A stretch of 64,000 nucleotides of DNA from Candidatus Multivoradales bacterium (GTDB lineage: Bacteria > Acidobacteriota > Thermoanaerobaculia > Multivoradales > JAHEKO01). Positions within the stretch are counted from its first letter, which is position 1; every line of letters starts with the position of its first letter. Position numbers and translations under genes: made by a program. The notes under the pieces are model-generated. The model saw only the letters and a program-made list of their open reading frames with translations, was not told where the DNA came from and did not search any database. The DNA is taken from the NCBI GenBank assembly GCA_965223155.1, contig CBDCVR010000014.1, positions 320,001 through 384,000 of the forward strand, in the 5' to 3' direction. Positions 39,838-48,229 of this stretch are shown one piece after another.

Positions 39838-40851
39838 ATGGAGTATCTTGGCATCGATGTTCACTCGAAGTACAGCGAGGTGTGTGGCGTATCAGAAGAC
39901 GGTGAGGTGACGGTTCGCCGGCGGGTTCCGACGACCGAGACGGGCCTGCGAAGGTTCTTCGCCAATCGGGAACGCTCGCAGGTGACGCTCGAGAGCGGTC
40001 CGGTCACACCCTGGGTCTATCGACTGCTGTCTGAGCTCGGCCATGAGGTGATGGTGGTCAATCCACGCCGGGTACGTCTGATCGCGGAATCGACCCTGAA
40101 GACGGACGGAATCGACGCCGAGATCCTGGCTCGTTTGAGCCGGTTGGATCTGGGTTTGCTTCGACCAGTCTACCAGCGCACAGGTGAGGCCCAAGAGCTT
40201 CGGACGCGTCTTCGGGTCCGAACGAGTCTGGTGAAGACCAGGACCTCGCTGATCAACTCCGTACGCGGAACGCTGCGGGCACAGGGCTACCGAGTGCCCT
40301 CATGTCCGGCGAAGAGCTTCGTGGCTCGGTACGCGTCGATGTCGGTCGAAGCCGGCCTGTTGGGAGCGCTCGAACCTCTGGTAACGACAATCGGCGAGCT
40401 GACCGATCGGATCCACCATCTCGAAGACGACCTCATCTCCGAGTCGAGATCAAACGAGCTGGTCCGTCGGCTGCAGACGGTTCCTGGTGTGGGGCCTCTG
40501 GTGAGCCTTGCGTTCGTCGGCTGGATGGATCGTCCGGATCGGTTCGAGAAAAGCCGCGACGTCGGAGCGTGTCTGGGCTTGAGACCGTCGCTTCGCAGCT
40601 CAGGAGGGCATGAGGTCAGGGGCCGGATCACTCGCGAGGGCGACTCGGAGATGCGCAGACTCTTGGTGCAGGCAGCTCATGCGGCGTTGAACTGTCGCAA
40701 AGAGTCGTCACTCAAGAGATGGGCTGAGGGCCTGGTCGAGAGGCTGGGTAAGGGCAAGGCCGTGGTCGCGCTAGCTAGGAAGATCGCGGTGTTGCTCCAC
40801 AGGCTGTGGGTGACAGGTGAGAGCTTCCGAGCCTTTCCCAAGGCAGCGTAG
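39838..40851 (+). CDS. IS110 family recombinase/transposase
   Basis: YLGIDVH, LESG, KTDGIDA (RuvC-like DEDD), VPGVG, GLRPSLRSSGG, AVVALARK; AAAGGAG RBS. Confidence 0.95.
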   Translation: MEYLGIDVHSKYSEVCGVSEDGEVTVRRRVPTTETGLRRFFANRERSQVTLESGPVTPWVYRLLSELGHEVMVVNPRRVRLIAESTLKTDGIDAEILARLSRLDLGLLRPVYQRTGEAQELRTRLRVRTSLVKTRTSLINSVRGTLRAQGYRVPSCPAKSFVARYASMSVEAGLLGALEPLVTTIGELTDRIHHLEDDLISESRSNELVRRLQTVPGVGPLVSLAFVGWMDRPDRFEKSRDVGACLGLRPSLRSSGGHEVRGRITREGDSEMRRLLVQAAHAALNCRKESSLKRWAEGLVERLGKGKAVVALARKIAVLLHRLWVTGESFRAFPKAA

Positions 40852-40879
40852 AAGAGATAACTAGACGACCAACAAGCAA

Positions 40880-41040
40880 GGACGGATTGAGAGGTTCGAT
40901 GACTCCGAAAGTATCCTTGGTGGCCCCGACACCGTGTGACAGATGGGAGCATCGATTCCTAAACGGACGCAAAACTCACCATGCACCGGTTCAAAGAAGA
41001 ACCCTACAGAGTGCGAATAGAAGCTCGTCCCAAGCCTCGA
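40880..41040 (+). ncRNA. putative bridge RNA / seekRNA of the IS1111 element (boundaries approximate)
   Basis: Two stem-closed internal loops whose unpaired strands match the insertion target (GTATCCT, GTGACAG) and the element end (ATAGAAG). Confidence 0.7.
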
Positions 41041-41109
41041 TCCAAACCTAAGGAAAACTACAAAAAGAAGAAACGAAACTCTTGACGCCAACCGACCGAC
41101 TCATAGAAG

Positions 41110-41226
41110 GATACATATTTCGGGACTGTCCCTCTGCGGCCGGACCCTTCCCTTGAAACGAGTATCCTGTCACCGAATCCGAATTCACCGAATCCGAATT
41201 CTGTCACCGAATCCGACACCGAATCC
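41110..41226. repeat. right part of the interrupted GGTGACAG palindromic repeat plus stuttered CACCGAATCC copies
   Basis: GAGTATCCTGTCACCGAATCC at 41160-41180; CACCGAATCC at 41171, 41186, 41205 and 41217. Confidence 0.8.
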
Positions 41227-41254
41227 GGATTTAGTGAGATGATGGCCGGGCAGC

Positions 41255-43267
41255 GTGCACATCAAGCGTCGATTCAGGGGCGCCGCCGTTACGGCGGCCA
41301 TCTGGACCGCGGTGGTGACCCCGGACCCCGCGGCGGCCCAGCCGGCGGTCGTCCGTGTCACGGTCACCCAGGTCACGGCCCTTGACTGCCTCGATCCGGC
41401 GGGTCTGTCGTGCGCCGGCGCCGACTTCTACGCCAAGCTGAGCGTCGACGGCGAGACGGTCCAGACACCGCACATCGATGATGCGACCTCGATCTCGCCG
41501 AACTGGACGCTGGAGCGGTCCGTGGCCCGCAATCCGGTGCCCGTCCAGATCGAGATCTGGGAGTCCGACAGCTGGTTTCGCGACGGCGACGACCCGGTGG
41601 ACCTCAAGTCAGCCCCGGGCCGGAGCCTCAATCTCTCGGTCGATACCCAGGCCGGCAGAATCTCGGGCAACCTCACCGGCAAGACCAACACCCTCCTGAC
41701 TTCGGCCGGAACCCAATCCGGCCGGGCCCGAATCACCTTCCGCATCGACGTCGTGACCCGTCCCAGGCTGGGAGAGCTCGCGATTACCGTGGAGCGCTTG
41801 ACCACCCTCGAGACGGTGGACGACGGCGTCACCGGACGCCAAGGCCGGGCCGACTACTACGTCCGGGTAGCCATCGACGGCATCGTCACCAGCAACCGCG
41901 ACGACCCGACCACCTCCGTCTACTACGACCACGACGAGCTGGCTCCGTACTGGACCTTCAAGCGAATCGTTAATTTGAACCGTCGCTCGATTCCGTTCGC
42001 CCTCGAGCTAATGGATGCCGACAACAACGCTGACGACCGGGTCGACATCCAGCCCGGCCTAGGCCGGGTCCTGCACATGACGGTGACGCCGAGCACCTGC
42101 CGGATCCAAGGCGACGTCACCGGCCGTTGCGCCGGTCCGTTTGACGCCAGGGGGCGGATCGTGGCCTCCGGCGAACAGGACGACCGCGCACGCATCCAGG
42201 TCCGCGTCGAGCTGCGCCGGCCGCCGCCCTTCGCATTGCGCTGCCTACACTCGCCACTCTGGCCGCGTCCCGGACAAACGGTCTCGATCCGGGCCGAGGC
42301 CCTCGACAGCCAGCTCGACCCGGTGGTCGCGGACGGCATTCAAATCGGCGTCGCGGGCACCGGCAGGATCCACTCCTGCGACAACGCTGGGGCCTGCACT
42401 CTCAACGTCATGATGCCGGCGGGCGCGACACGGTTTGACTACATCTGCCAGGCGCAGCGCTTCCGCAGGACGGTCACGACCGGCCTACGCCAGGTAGCCG
42501 TCGGGGCCAGGCCCGGCGAGCGAGCCGTCCCGATCTTGAGACATCAACCCTCAGCCAAGGCCCTCGACCTCGTGTTCCTGGCCGATCTCGACACCTTCTC
42601 GACCGCGTCCGAGACCGCCTATCTCGGCGCGGTCGAATTCTTGATCCGCTCCGGTCTCTTTCGGAATCCTCCGTTGGTCCTCAACCAACAACGTCTCAAC
42701 CTGTGGATCGCCAAGGACCTGGCCGATGCCAACGGTTTCGTGCCGGGAAGCACGGTGCGCTGCAGCCAGCCGCCGTCGAACTGGACCACCGCTTACGGCT
42801 TCGCGGACTCGGGCATCGTCGTGCACCAAGAAGCGATTCGGGACTGCGCCGACTTCGCCACGGTCGGGCCTCAGGGCCAGATCTTGCGCCCGATGGTGAG
42901 CACTCCGGCCAACTCTCCCGGCGTTCTGCTACACGAGCTGGGGCACATGCCCTTCGGCCTGGCCGACGAATACTGCTGTGACGGCGGCTACTTTCAAACC
43001 GGATTCGCCCCTAACGTCTACGCCTCGGCCGACGCGACCCAGTCGAGCACGGCCTGCCGGGCCGATCCTCTTGCTGCTCTCCTGGGCGCCTGCGGCGCCT
43101 TCACCGAGAACCGCCCACCGAGCCGGCGGCGGGTGTTTCGCCTCGATCACCCTCCAGGAAGCCGGTTCGACTTCCGTGACGTCTCGAACGACCTGATGGT
43201 GGACGACGGCACCCTCCGGCCCGCCGACGTTCGACGATTTCAACACGTGTTCCGAAGCCTTCCGTGA
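41255..43267 (+). CDS. secreted protein: two repeated beta domains plus M64-like zinc metallopeptidase
   Basis: Signal-like N-terminus; repeated ADFYAK/ADYYVR...PNWT/PYWT units; LLHELGHMPFGLADEY metallopeptidase motif. Confidence 0.75.
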   Translation: MHIKRRFRGAAVTAAIWTAVVTPDPAAAQPAVVRVTVTQVTALDCLDPAGLSCAGADFYAKLSVDGETVQTPHIDDATSISPNWTLERSVARNPVPVQIEIWESDSWFRDGDDPVDLKSAPGRSLNLSVDTQAGRISGNLTGKTNTLLTSAGTQSGRARITFRIDVVTRPRLGELAITVERLTTLETVDDGVTGRQGRADYYVRVAIDGIVTSNRDDPTTSVYYDHDELAPYWTFKRIVNLNRRSIPFALELMDADNNADDRVDIQPGLGRVLHMTVTPSTCRIQGDVTGRCAGPFDARGRIVASGEQDDRARIQVRVELRRPPPFALRCLHSPLWPRPGQTVSIRAEALDSQLDPVVADGIQIGVAGTGRIHSCDNAGACTLNVMMPAGATRFDYICQAQRFRRTVTTGLRQVAVGARPGERAVPILRHQPSAKALDLVFLADLDTFSTASETAYLGAVEFLIRSGLFRNPPLVLNQQRLNLWIAKDLADANGFVPGSTVRCSQPPSNWTTAYGFADSGIVVHQEAIRDCADFATVGPQGQILRPMVSTPANSPGVLLHELGHMPFGLADEYCCDGGYFQTGFAPNVYASADATQSSTACRADPLAALLGACGAFTENRPPSRRRVFRLDHPPGSRFDFRDVSNDLMVDDGTLRPADVRRFQHVFRSLP

Positions 43268-43917
43268 CGACTCGCATGCTCGACTACATCAGCCTTTCGA
43301 AGCTGCCCGATCCAACCGGGCTTCTCGGCACGTTCGTGCTGGCTGTCGCCGTCGCGCTGGCCGGCTGTGCCGTCGAGGAATCGGCCGAGCTGGGAACCGC
43401 CGCGACCCGGACCGAGCTCGTCCAACCGACGGTAGCGATCGAAGCGGTCGAGACCGCCCCGGCGGTGCCTCCGGCCGCAACCGTCGAAGCCGACCCTCCC
43501 GACGCCAAGGTCATCGCCGTGGACTTGACCGCCAGCGGCACCGGCGACGACTTCGACGTCGAGCTGTCAAACGTTCGCATCCTCCCTGGGGTCGCGCCCA
43601 ACACCGTCGGCAATCCCCCGCTTCTCGACATCGAGCTCCGGGATTCCGAGGGCGAGAGCCTGTCGCGCTTCTTCGCGTGGGATCCACGCTGGACCTTCGT
43701 CTGGGACGCCGACCACCGCGGGGAAGAGCTCGTGGTCCGGCAAGAAGCGACGGTGCCGGTACTCTTCCCGTTTCGGCCCGACCTCGCCGAGATGCTCGTC
43801 TTCACGGAACAGCAGGGACGCCGGCACCTCGCCTCGATCGACCTCGCACCCACGATCCTCGATTTCTGCGCGGTCAATCCGGGAGATCCGGACTGCGCCG
43901 CGGTACGCGTGCCCTAG
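43264..43917 (+). CDS. putative lipoprotein
   Basis: VAVALAGC lipobox; GTGA overlap with the peptidase stop. Confidence 0.65.
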   Translation: MTTRMLDYISLSKLPDPTGLLGTFVLAVAVALAGCAVEESAELGTAATRTELVQPTVAIEAVETAPAVPPAATVEADPPDAKVIAVDLTASGTGDDFDVELSNVRILPGVAPNTVGNPPLLDIELRDSEGESLSRFFAWDPRWTFVWDADHRGEELVVRQEATVPVLFPFRPDLAEMLVFTEQQGRRHLASIDLAPTILDFCAVNPGDPDCAAVRVP

Positions 43918-43981
43918 GAATCCGCCCCTAGCCAGGCAGTCTGGCGGTCGAAACGGGGAAGATGCCGTCCACCGAATCCCC

Positions 43982-45130
43982 CTAGAGATCGCGTACCAAT
44001 CGCGCGGCTGCGACAGCTCGCACCTTCTTGGACAGGGCAAACGTCTCTTGGCCCGCGTGGATCACGTTCAGCTCATGGAGGTCGAGCGACTCCAGCGCCG
44101 CTCTCATCGATGCCGTGACCCTAGGACTCGATGTCCGCTTGAACTCGAATCCGATCCGGCGGCGGCCAATCCGAGCGAAGAAATCGAGCTCCGCGCCGGT
44201 GTGTGTAGCCCAGAAATGGACCTGGTCATCCGCGAGGCCAAGCTCGCCGATCACCTGTTCGAGCAGAAATCCTTCCCAGGAAGCTCCCACTTTGGGGTGC
44301 GACTCCAAATCCTCGTGCGCGTCGATTCGAAGAAGCGAATGCAGCAATCCACTGTCGCGCAGATAGACCCTCGGAGACCGGACCTGGCGCTTCGAGGTAT
44401 TTGCAAACCACGGCGTTGCTTGCCTGACCACGAGTGCCGACGTCAGAAGATCCAAGTAGCGACGGACCGTGACATCCGAAACTCCGAACGAACGCCCGAA
44501 TTCGGATCCATTCCAAGTCTGGCCATGCCAGTGTGCCAGCATCGTCCAGAACCGCCGGAGCGTGGTCGCCGCAATCCGAATCCCTAGCTGCGGCAAATCT
44601 CGCTCCAAGAAGGTTCGCACGAAGCTCTCCCGCCAGGTTCGGCTATCCCGGAGCGACCGAGCCAGGAAAGACCGAGGGAAGCCTCCGCGCAGCCAGAGCT
44701 TCTGAAGGGATCCCTCCCCTACCTCGGACAGCAAGAAGCCAGGCAGGTTGTAGTAGGAAATCCGACCCGCCAGGGTTTCGGACGACTGTCGCAACAGCTC
44801 GGGCGAAGCGCTTCCGAGCACTAGAAAGCGAGCTCTTGTCGGTCTTCGGTCGGCCAGGACACGAAGTACCGGAAAGAGATCCGGCCTGCGCTGAACCTCG
44901 TCGAGCACAACGAGGCCCTGGAGGTCACTGAGCGCCAAGTGGGGATCGTCAAGACGCGCAAGATCCGGAGGGTTTTCCAAATCGAAATGATGGCACGGCT
45001 TCGTTTGAGAGCGCGCGATCTGCTGACTCAGAGTCGTCTTACCGACCTGGCGGGCTCCCAGGATGGCAACCACGGGGAACGTCCGAAGCCGATCCAAGAT
45101 TGTCTTGACATGATGAGACCGCTCGATCAC
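43982..45130 (-). CDS. AAA_14 ATPase with DUF4143 C-terminal domain
   Basis: GARQVGKTT, LDEVQ, LGSAS, LAGRI, RGGFP, DSGLLH, ELDF...FEFK. Confidence 0.9.
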   Translation of the reverse strand: MIERSHHVKTILDRLRTFPVVAILGARQVGKTTLSQQIARSQTKPCHHFDLENPPDLARLDDPHLALSDLQGLVVLDEVQRRPDLFPVLRVLADRRPTRARFLVLGSASPELLRQSSETLAGRISYYNLPGFLLSEVGEGSLQKLWLRGGFPRSFLARSLRDSRTWRESFVRTFLERDLPQLGIRIAATTLRRFWTMLAHWHGQTWNGSEFGRSFGVSDVTVRRYLDLLTSALVVRQATPWFANTSKRQVRSPRVYLRDSGLLHSLLRIDAHEDLESHPKVGASWEGFLLEQVIGELGLADDQVHFWATHTGAELDFFARIGRRRIGFEFKRTSSPRVTASMRAALESLDLHELNVIHAGQETFALSKKVRAVAAARLVRDL

Positions 45131-45146
45131 CGGAGAACCTTACCAC

Positions 45147-45175
45147 GAAATCTCGAAGGTAAGCGTCGAAATTTC
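45147..45175. promoter_or_regulatory. imperfect palindrome upstream of the AAA_14 gene, candidate operator
   Basis: GAAATCTCGA-N9-TCGAAATTTC. Confidence 0.4.
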
Positions 45176-45193
45176 AGGCAAGATTGCCGGCTG

Positions 45194-45256
45194 GCGGATG
45201 TTTATCCTCATCTCGCCAGGATCAGGCCTCGACGAAATGAATACCCTGTCACCGAG
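45194..45256. repeat. GGTGACAG-family palindromic repeat with degenerate left arm
   Basis: GAAATGAATACCCTGTCACCGA at 45234-45255; left arm resembles 46083-46110. Confidence 0.65.
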
Positions 45257-45259
45257 AAT

Positions 45260-45967
45260 TCACGGGCCGGGGATACACGGTCGGCAGCGGCAGGTGAAGA
45301 AAAAGAAGAAGCACTTGCAGCATGCGAAGTCATCCGGATTGCCGCAGCTCACCTCGCAGCCGGAGAAGACCGAGCAGGTCACGCTACACGCGTTGGCGCC
45401 CTCGCCGCCGGCATCGCAGTCGTCACCGTTCACGCACTGCCCTGATGCCGGGTCGTGGTAGTCGTACCAGAACGACTCGGGCCAGGACTGGAGTTGGTCC
45501 CAAACGTGGTCGTGAACGCCGTGATCGATCCCGAAAAGCGGGCTGTTCGTCACCATCGCGAGCTCGAGTCCATTCGTCGCTCGAAAGACGAATGCTCCCG
45601 GAGGCGCCTGGCCTGGCCCTTCCCCGTTCCCGCTCCCGGAGGCGCCCTTCGGATTCCTGACCGTCAGCAGAACGACGAACCGCGCGTCGGGACCGACGAC
45701 CTTGAGCGACCTGTCCTTGACGGTCACGACGGCGTCGTCGACGTGCTCCCACCAGGTCGGCTCCAGACGATCCTCGCCGGTGAAGAGAAAAAACTCGTCG
45801 ACCTTGTCGTCGCTGTCGGCCGCGGAGTCCAAAGCAACAAGCACCCGCCCGAGCTCATCGACTCCAACCACGACGTCTCCAAACTCCACTCGCGCCGAGT
45901 CGCTCGATCCCAGCGCCGGACCGGCAATGAGACACGAGCACAGCACGATCAGCGAAGAACACCTCAT
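45260..45967 (-). CDS. secreted protein with a 12-Cys C-terminal domain
   Basis: GGAG RBS, signal peptide, C-terminus CVNGDDCDAGGEGANACSVTCSVFSGCEVSCGNPDDFACCKCFFFFFTCRCRPC. Confidence 0.75.
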   Translation of the reverse strand: MRCSSLIVLCSCLIAGPALGSSDSARVEFGDVVVGVDELGRVLVALDSAADSDDKVDEFFLFTGEDRLEPTWWEHVDDAVVTVKDRSLKVVGPDARFVVLLTVRNPKGASGSGNGEGPGQAPPGAFVFRATNGLELAMVTNSPLFGIDHGVHDHVWDQLQSWPESFWYDYHDPASGQCVNGDDCDAGGEGANACSVTCSVFSGCEVSCGNPDDFACCKCFFFFFTCRCRPCIPGP

Positions 45968-46084
45968 AGCTCCTCCGATCAGGGGCCGTCGGAAGCGAAT
46001 GCCCCTCTACTTATCTAATTTCCGTAGCGAGGGGTTTCCTGACAAGAAATTGCTGCTTCTTGAGCGGGGGAAAGCGGAGAAAGC

Positions 46085-46104
46085 GGTGACAGGATACTCA
46101 TTCC
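46085..46104. repeat. GGTGACAG-family repeat left arm (empty IS target)
   Basis: GGTGACAGGATACTCATTCC. Confidence 0.7.
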
Positions 46105-46334
46105 GCCAGGTCGGAGCCCCGGTTTCCGTCTCGGTAGCATTGTTGTGCCCGGACTGGCACACCACGTCACTCAGCGGGGAGCGAGGCGAATGCAGGTCTT
46201 CTTCAGCCAAGACGACTACCGCATCTATGCCTCCATCTTGAGCCGACAGGCCCGTCGATAAGGCACCTGGGCCCAGGGAGGGGGAATTCTCTTCTTGCCA
46301 ATGCCCTCCTCCCAGTGCCGAGTGCAGCGAGGCT

Positions 46335-46379
46335 TGGTGGGCCGTGAGGGAATCGAACCCCCGACCATCAGATTAAAAG
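46335..46379 (-). repeat. att site: 3' half of tRNA-Lys(TTT)
   Basis: Minus strand CTTTTAATCTGATGGTCGGGGGTTCGATTCCCTCACGGCCCACCA runs from the anticodon loop to CCA; the 5' half is absent. Confidence 0.88.
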
Positions 46380-46525
46380 AAAGCCCCAGAGCAAAAGACG
46401 TCAACGCCCTCCAACTCTCGGCGGCTCCAAACCACTGTGGGTACTGAGGAAAGCCCGGATCACAGTTCTTGACCTCTGTTGAGATCTCTGTCCGGAGTTG
46501 CGGCCAACTGCACCAGGAGTGCACC

Positions 46526-48001
46526 ATGGGAAGGTCTACTGCGAGCCCGACCATGCCGACTGCAAGCGAGAGATACCTGGATCGGCTCTGCCGGCACTCC
46601 TTTCTGAGTCTCTGGAGCTGGCCTCATCTCTACAGGGACCAGACCTGGGGCTCATCAGAGGGCAAGGAACTCTCTGACCTCCTTGTGGTGTTTGACCCGC
46701 ACGTTCTCATCTTCTCGGACAAGTACTGTGAATTCCCGACTGGTCCGGATGTCGCCCTGAACTGGGTTCGCTGGTACAAGAGAGCCATTCTGAAGTCGGC
46801 AAAGCAAGTCTGGGGAGCTGAACGGTGGATCACGAAGCACCCCACGCGTATCTTCCTCGACCCTGCGTGCACCGAGCCCTTCCCGCTCCCCTTGCCTGAA
46901 GATCCGGTTTTCCACCGGATTGTGGTAGCCCACGGTTCAGCTGAGGCCTGCAGGGAGTTTTTCGGATCAACACCCAGCCTCATGCTGAATAATCGGGTCC
47001 AAGGGAGTGCCCATACAGACACGGCTACCCCGCTGTTTAGGCCCTTCACCGTGGGTGACATCGACCCTTCCAAGGGCCTCGTCCACGTTATGGACGACGT
47101 CAATCTAGACTTCCTGATGAGGCACCTAGACACGGCCACAGACCTCGTCAGATATCTAGCGAAGAAGGAAGATGTACTCCGTGGTACCCAGGCGATCTCA
47201 GCAGCAGGCGAGGAAGAGCTTCTCGCGTGGTACCTGTCTCGGATGAACACAGAGGGTCGCCATGACTTCAACATACCGAAGGACCCAACCTTTATCGCCA
47301 TCGATGTCGGCTTCTGGGCGGACTATGCAAAGAACCCTGACACCCTAGCTCGCGCTAAGGCGAATACGATCAGCTACGCCTGGGACAAGCTAATCGAGAA
47401 GTTCACCACGTCACGGCTGACTACCATCACGTCCCTTGCAGATCGAGAGGCGGCTCTTCGGTTCATGGCGCGAGAGCACCGAGTACGCCGAAGGATGCTC
47501 GCCAAGGCACTGATCGGCATACTCCGGCGAGGAGACAGTCTCTACCGCGCGGCACGTGTCGTTGCTCCCGATGAGCCGGACCAACCTCACTACATCTTTC
47601 TCTGTCTCCCGTTCGACGCTGACGAGTTTGCCGACTACAGCGAGTACGTGAAGCTTCGCGAGGAGCTACTTGGCATTTACTGCCAGGTAGTACGACTCCA
47701 GTATCCACAGGTAACAGATGTGGTTGGGATCGCAACCGAGCCCTTCAGTGCGGACAAGAGAAGTGAGACCCTCGCGTACTTCGATGGCCGGGCATGGTCA
47801 AAGGAACTTGAGGAGGAAACCCGCGACCTTCAGGCCAAATGCAACATCCTGTTGGAGACGAAAGAGCTTCGAGGGACTGAGTACGAGTATCCCAGAGCTC
47901 ATATCAAGGCGATGAAGAAAGGGAGGAACCGCAACAGACCATGCCATTGCGGCAGCGGTCTCAAGTACAAGAGGTGTTGCGGCAGAACGATCACCAGATA
48001 G
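46526..48001 (+). CDS. SEC-C motif protein with N-terminal PD-(D/E)xK/NERD-like region
   Basis: ELSDLLVVFDPHVLIFSDK; C-terminal RNRPCHCGSGLKYKRCCG; AGGAG RBS. Confidence 0.75.
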   Translation: MGRSTASPTMPTASERYLDRLCRHSFLSLWSWPHLYRDQTWGSSEGKELSDLLVVFDPHVLIFSDKYCEFPTGPDVALNWVRWYKRAILKSAKQVWGAERWITKHPTRIFLDPACTEPFPLPLPEDPVFHRIVVAHGSAEACREFFGSTPSLMLNNRVQGSAHTDTATPLFRPFTVGDIDPSKGLVHVMDDVNLDFLMRHLDTATDLVRYLAKKEDVLRGTQAISAAGEEELLAWYLSRMNTEGRHDFNIPKDPTFIAIDVGFWADYAKNPDTLARAKANTISYAWDKLIEKFTTSRLTTITSLADREAALRFMAREHRVRRRMLAKALIGILRRGDSLYRAARVVAPDEPDQPHYIFLCLPFDADEFADYSEYVKLREELLGIYCQVVRLQYPQVTDVVGIATEPFSADKRSETLAYFDGRAWSKELEEETRDLQAKCNILLETKELRGTEYEYPRAHIKAMKKGRNRNRPCHCGSGLKYKRCCGRTITR

Positions 48002-48040
48002 TCTGAAGCTCAGAGCTGCCCTTCTTCATACCTTGTCGTC

Positions 48041-48209
48041 TCTATAGTTATTTATATTTATCTATACTTAATAGAGAGCTGCAAAAAGTGCGCGGCTTGG
48101 CCGCAAGACCTGCAGCCTTGGCCCTGCAAACTTTGCAGGGGCACTGCATCCAGTAAGTCGACTTATCCCCACTTCCCTGCCACGGTGCAGGCACCCTGCA
48201 AAAACTGCA
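48041..48209. repeat. candidate replication origin: GCA-N5-TGCR iterons plus AT-rich tract
   Basis: GCAAAAAGTGCG 48081, GCAAGACCTGCA 48103, GCAAACTTTGCA 48126, GCAAAAACTGCA 48198; AT-rich 48041-48075. Confidence 0.55.
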
Positions 48210-48229
48210 GGGCTTTCGTCCTTCAGCCT

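Larger units (their letters stand above)
39748..41109 (+). mobile_element. IS110-family, IS1111-subgroup insertion sequence
   Basis: 14-bp subterminal inverted repeats ATGAGTCGGTCGGT (39753-39766) and ACCGACCGACTCAT (41091-41104); AG core at 39746-47 and 41108-09; long 3' non-coding region; no longer target-site duplication. Confidence 0.9.

Noticed and set aside
39734-46104. GGTGACAG repeats as integron attC sites
   Set aside because: No RYYYAAC/GTTRRRY ends, mixed gene orientation, no IntI in the window.
46335-46410. Complete tRNA-Lys gene
   Set aside because: Only the anticodon loop to CCA is present; the adjacent sequence cannot form the D arm or 5' acceptor strand.
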